A DNA stretch of 64,000 nucleotides, taken from NCBI GenBank assembly GCA_034530875.2, contig JAVRCJ020000001.1, positions 64,001-128,000 on the forward strand, written 5' to 3'. Shown here one piece after another: positions 60,821 to 64,000 of the stretch; within the stretch, counting starts at the first letter, position 1; every line of letters begins with the position of its first letter. The DNA is from Nostoc sp. DedSLP01 (GTDB lineage: Bacteria > Cyanobacteriota > Cyanobacteriia > Cyanobacteriales > Nostocaceae). The position numbers were made by a program, and so were the translations under genes. The notes beneath the pieces are model-generated. The model was not told the origin of the DNA. It made no database searches and worked only from the letters and a program-made list of their open reading frames with translations.

Positions 60821-62134
60821 ATGGGTTCTGAAAATTTGTCAAAAGATACACTAGCAGAAGAACTGCTGGAACTAGCGATCGAATCTGGAGCAGAAGCTGC
60901 TGAGGTGTATCAGTCTCACTCGCTTTCTCGTCCAGTTTTTTTTGAGGCCAACCGACTCAAACAGCTAGAAACCAGCCAATCTGAAGGTACAGCACTGCGG
61001 CTTTGGCGAAATGGGCGTCCAGGGCTGACGGTGGCTTACGGTTCTGTCCCTGCCCCTGTGATGGTGGAGAAAGCTTTAGCTTTGAGTCAACTTAATCAGC
61101 CGGAACTAGTGGAATTAGGCTCTAATTTTCAGCCATCCTACCCAGATTTAGGAGAAAGTGTGCCGATAGAGGTTTTGGTAGACTGGGGCAAGGAAGCGAT
61201 CGCCTTAATCCGCGATGCCTATCCGGATGTTGTCTGCAATGGCGATTGGGAATGCGATGTTGAAACCACTAGGTTAGTCAACACTAAAGGTTTAGATTGT
61301 TACTACACCGATACTACCCTCAGTTGCTATATGTCAGCAGAATGGGTGCGCGGCGATGATTTTTTGAGCGTTTCCGACGGTCAAACCCAACGGGGCGAAC
61401 TCCAGCCAGACAAATTAGCTAATCAAATTTTACAGCGGTTAATTTGGGCCAGAGAAAATGTTTCATCTCCCACCGGCCGCGTCCCGGTTTTATTCACTGC
61501 TAAAGCTGCCGATATGCTTTGGGGTACCGTGCAAGCAGCTTTAAATGGCAAGCGAGTTTTAGAAGCAGCTTCCCCTTGGGCGGAACGCTTGGGCAACCCA
61601 GTCATGGCATCTAGTCTCACCCTCTACCAAGATCCAGAAGCCGGCCCTTACAGTTGCCCTTTTGATGATGAAGGCACTCCGACTCAATTTTTAGTATTTA
61701 TCCAAAATGGAACCTTAGAGAATTTTTATGGCGATCGCACCACCGGACGGCAACTGAATACTCACACCACAGGAAATGGTTTTCGTCCTAGTTTAGGCAG
61801 CTATCCCACCCCTGGTTTATTTAATTTTCTCATCCAGCCAGGTTCGGCATCGCTACAGGAGTTGATCGAACAGATGGATGATGGCTTAATTGTGGATCAA
61901 ATGCTGGGTAATGGCGGTAGCATTTCGGGAGATTTTTCCATCAATGTTGATTTAGGCTACCGCGTCCAAAATGGCCGTGTAATTGGACGCGTTAAAGATA
62001 CGATGGTTGCAGGTAATGTTTACACAGCCCTCAAGCAAGTAGTTACCCTCGGTAACGATGCTGATTGGAATGGTTCTTGTTATACTCCATCTCTCATAGT
62101 GGAAGGGCTATCCACGACGGGGAGAAGTAATTAA
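60821..62134 (+). CDS. TldE/PmbA family protein
   Basis: GAEAAEVY, PFDDEG, TTGNG, SGDFS, GN motifs; no HExxxH motif seen. Confidence 0.88.
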   Translation: MGSENLSKDTLAEELLELAIESGAEAAEVYQSHSLSRPVFFEANRLKQLETSQSEGTALRLWRNGRPGLTVAYGSVPAPVMVEKALALSQLNQPELVELGSNFQPSYPDLGESVPIEVLVDWGKEAIALIRDAYPDVVCNGDWECDVETTRLVNTKGLDCYYTDTTLSCYMSAEWVRGDDFLSVSDGQTQRGELQPDKLANQILQRLIWARENVSSPTGRVPVLFTAKAADMLWGTVQAALNGKRVLEAASPWAERLGNPVMASSLTLYQDPEAGPYSCPFDDEGTPTQFLVFIQNGTLENFYGDRTTGRQLNTHTTGNGFRPSLGSYPTPGLFNFLIQPGSASLQELIEQMDDGLIVDQMLGNGGSISGDFSINVDLGYRVQNGRVIGRVKDTMVAGNVYTALKQVVTLGNDADWNGSCYTPSLIVEGLSTTGRSN

Positions 62135-62177
62135 ATGGGCATTGGGCATTGGGCATGGGGCATTGGGCTAGAGGAGT

Positions 62178-62425
62178 GGAGTTCAAAGCCTCATTCACGA
62201 GTATCAAAGCCTCATTAATGGAGTTCAAAGACTCATTAACGGAGTTCAAAGACTCATTAATGGAGTTCAAAGCCTCATTAACGGAGTTCAAAGACTCATT
62301 AATGGAGTTCAAAGCCTCATTCACGAGTATCAAAGCCTCATTAATGGAGTTCAAAGCCTCATTCACGAGTATCAAAGACTCATTAATGGAGTTCAAAGCC
62401 TCATTCACGAGTATCAAAGACTCAT
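62178..62425. repeat. Tandem array of about 11.8 x 21-bp units flanked by inverted STRR runs
   Basis: Unit (GGAGT|GAGTA)TCAAAG(C|A)CTCATT(CAC|AAT|AAC); ATTGGGC runs on the left, GCCCAAT runs on the right. Confidence 0.95.
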
Positions 62426-62486
62426 GCCCAATGCCCAATGCCTCATGCCCAATGCCCCATGCCCCATGCCCTAATTGCCAAAAACT

Positions 62487-64000
62487 ATGTCTCTTTCTAT
62501 TCTCAATCAGCGCTTTCGCAGTTGGTGGCAGCCTAGAAGAGGTTTAGCGATCGCGGAAGCTTGCGTTATCGGTCTGGTTGCGGCGTTATCTGCGGTGTTG
62601 CTGAAGGTGGGTTCGGGATGGCTGGGGACGTGGCGAGTCCACAGTACTAGGCTTTTACCTGTATGGCTGGCACTACCGCTAGTTGGTCTTGTGCTGGGGT
62701 TTGTGGCTGGGACTTTGGTGGAAAGGTTGGCACCAGAGGCTTCTGGTAGCGGTATTCCACAAGTCAAAGCTTCTTTGGCGAATGTGCCGATGAGATTATC
62801 TTGGCGGGTGGCTGGTGTGAAGCTACTCAGTGCCATTATTACCATCGGTTCGGGTATCACTCTGGGACGCCAAGGCCCCACTGTGCAGGTAGGGGCAGGT
62901 TTAGCAGCAGGTATGAGTCGCTGGGTTCCGACTTCCCCAGATCATCGGCGGCAAATGATTGCAGCAGGCGCGGGTGCGGGTTTGGCAGCGGCTTTCAATG
63001 CGCCGATCGCAGGTGTATTATTCATCGTGGAAGAGTTACTCCAAGATTTATCGGGGCTAACTCTGGGAACTGCGATTATTGCTTCGTTTATTGGTGGGGT
63101 GATATCGCGGCTTTTAGGTGGTGGTAGTTTAGACCTGAACTTGCAATTAGCAAAATCTACGAGCCAATTTTCTATCCCCGAAATTCCTTTTTTCCTGGTC
63201 TTGGGTATCTTGGCAGGGTTATTCGGTGGATTGTTTAATCGCGGAATAATTTTTAGTATTAAATGTTATCAACGATTGCATATTAGTTTGCCGCTACGGG
63301 TGGCTTTGGCTGGATTTATCTCCGGCGTCGTGGTGGCAATGCTGCCTGCATCATTCCGTGATAATACTGGGTTAAGAGAATATGTCATTACTGGAGTCGC
63401 TCATCCTACCGTAGCAGCGATCGCTTTTGGAGCGCAGTTCGTTCTCACACTGGTAGCATTTGGTTCGGGAGCGCCAGGAGGTCTATTCGCTCCCAGTTTG
63501 ATTTTGGGTTCTTGTTTAGGACACATCATAGGTGTGTTTGAGTTTTATCTCACAGGAGATGGTTCGCCGACTACTTATGCCTTAGCGGGTATGGGTGGAT
63601 TTTTTAGCGCTGTTTCCAAAGTGCCAATCACAGCGATTGTGATTGTGTTTGAGATGACTACAGATTTCAATCTGGTACTACCTTTAATGATTGTCTCTGT
63701 AGCAGCTTACTTGGTTGCAGATAAGGCGGCGCCTGGTTCGCTTTATGAAAAACTTTTGGAATTAAAAGGTATTACTCTGACCAAAGAAATTGCTGTAGAG
63801 GGAGCATTAACCAAATTAACCGCCAAAGATGTGATGCAAGAACGTGTAGAAACTCTGGATGCACAGATGAGTTTGGAAGAAGCAATGCAAGCTTTTGCTC
63901 GTTCCCATCATCGGGGTTTTCCCGTAGTGGAAGATAGCAAGTTAGTAGGAATTGTGACGCAAACGGATTTACTCAAAATTCGTGAGAGTGGAAAGCACAC
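62487..64000 (+). CDS. CLC family chloride channel/transporter with CBS domain (runs off the window end)
   Basis: GSGIP, GRQGP, AAFNAP, FIVEEL, GGLFAP, EMT motifs, then CBS (LTAKDVM...GFPVV...VGIVT); absent from the ORF track because it has no stop in the window. Confidence 0.92.
   Translation, partial: MSLSILNQRFRSWWQPRRGLAIAEACVIGLVAALSAVLLKVGSGWLGTWRVHSTRLLPVWLALPLVGLVLGFVAGTLVERLAPEASGSGIPQVKASLANVPMRLSWRVAGVKLLSAIITIGSGITLGRQGPTVQVGAGLAAGMSRWVPTSPDHRRQMIAAGAGAGLAAAFNAPIAGVLFIVEELLQDLSGLTLGTAIIASFIGGVISRLLGGGSLDLNLQLAKSTSQFSIPEIPFFLVLGILAGLFGGLFNRGIIFSIKCYQRLHISLPLRVALAGFISGVVVAMLPASFRDNTGLREYVITGVAHPTVAAIAFGAQFVLTLVAFGSGAPGGLFAPSLILGSCLGHIIGVFEFYLTGDGSPTTYALAGMGGFFSAVSKVPITAIVIVFEMTTDFNLVLPLMIVSVAAYLVADKAAPGSLYEKLLELKGITLTKEIAVEGALTKLTAKDVMQERVETLDAQMSLEEAMQAFARSHHRGFPVVEDSKLVGIVTQTDLLKIRESGKH

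Noticed and set aside
62178..62425. Possible CRISPR array
   Set aside because: Units are contiguous with no unique spacers, and there are no cas genes in the window

Overview
Chromosomal segment of a heterocyst-forming filamentous cyanobacterium (Nostocales-like), judged from abundant HIP1 octamers (GCGATCGC), heptamer STRR repeats, small dispersed repeats/MITEs and gene content. Core content: a complete pix-type phototaxis operon (patA-like, cheY, cheW, 4-GAF cyanobacteriochrome MCP, cheA), murQ, tamB, typA, potD/potB, tRNA-Gly(CCC), a Tab2-family gene, a TldE/PmbA-family gene and the start of a CLC-CBS transporter. Accessory content: a PAS/CBCR-GAF diguanylate cyclase, a membrane-anchored di-haem cytochrome c operon, a LuxR/rhodanese divergon, a small defence-like islet beside typA (DUF433/DUF5615, DUF29, GIY-YIG nuclease) and several gene remnants. 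The most notable candidate system is an ECF sigma/anti-sigma pair divergent from a four-gene envelope operon (secreted protein, PepSY-TM, cupredoxin lipoprotein, Tat metallophosphoesterase). The same bipartite motif, ATCCAA-N13-TCGTTTTA, precedes both transcription units. No CRISPR array, rRNA, integrase, transposase or reverse transcriptase was seen. All family calls come from motif recognition by eye; no searches were run.
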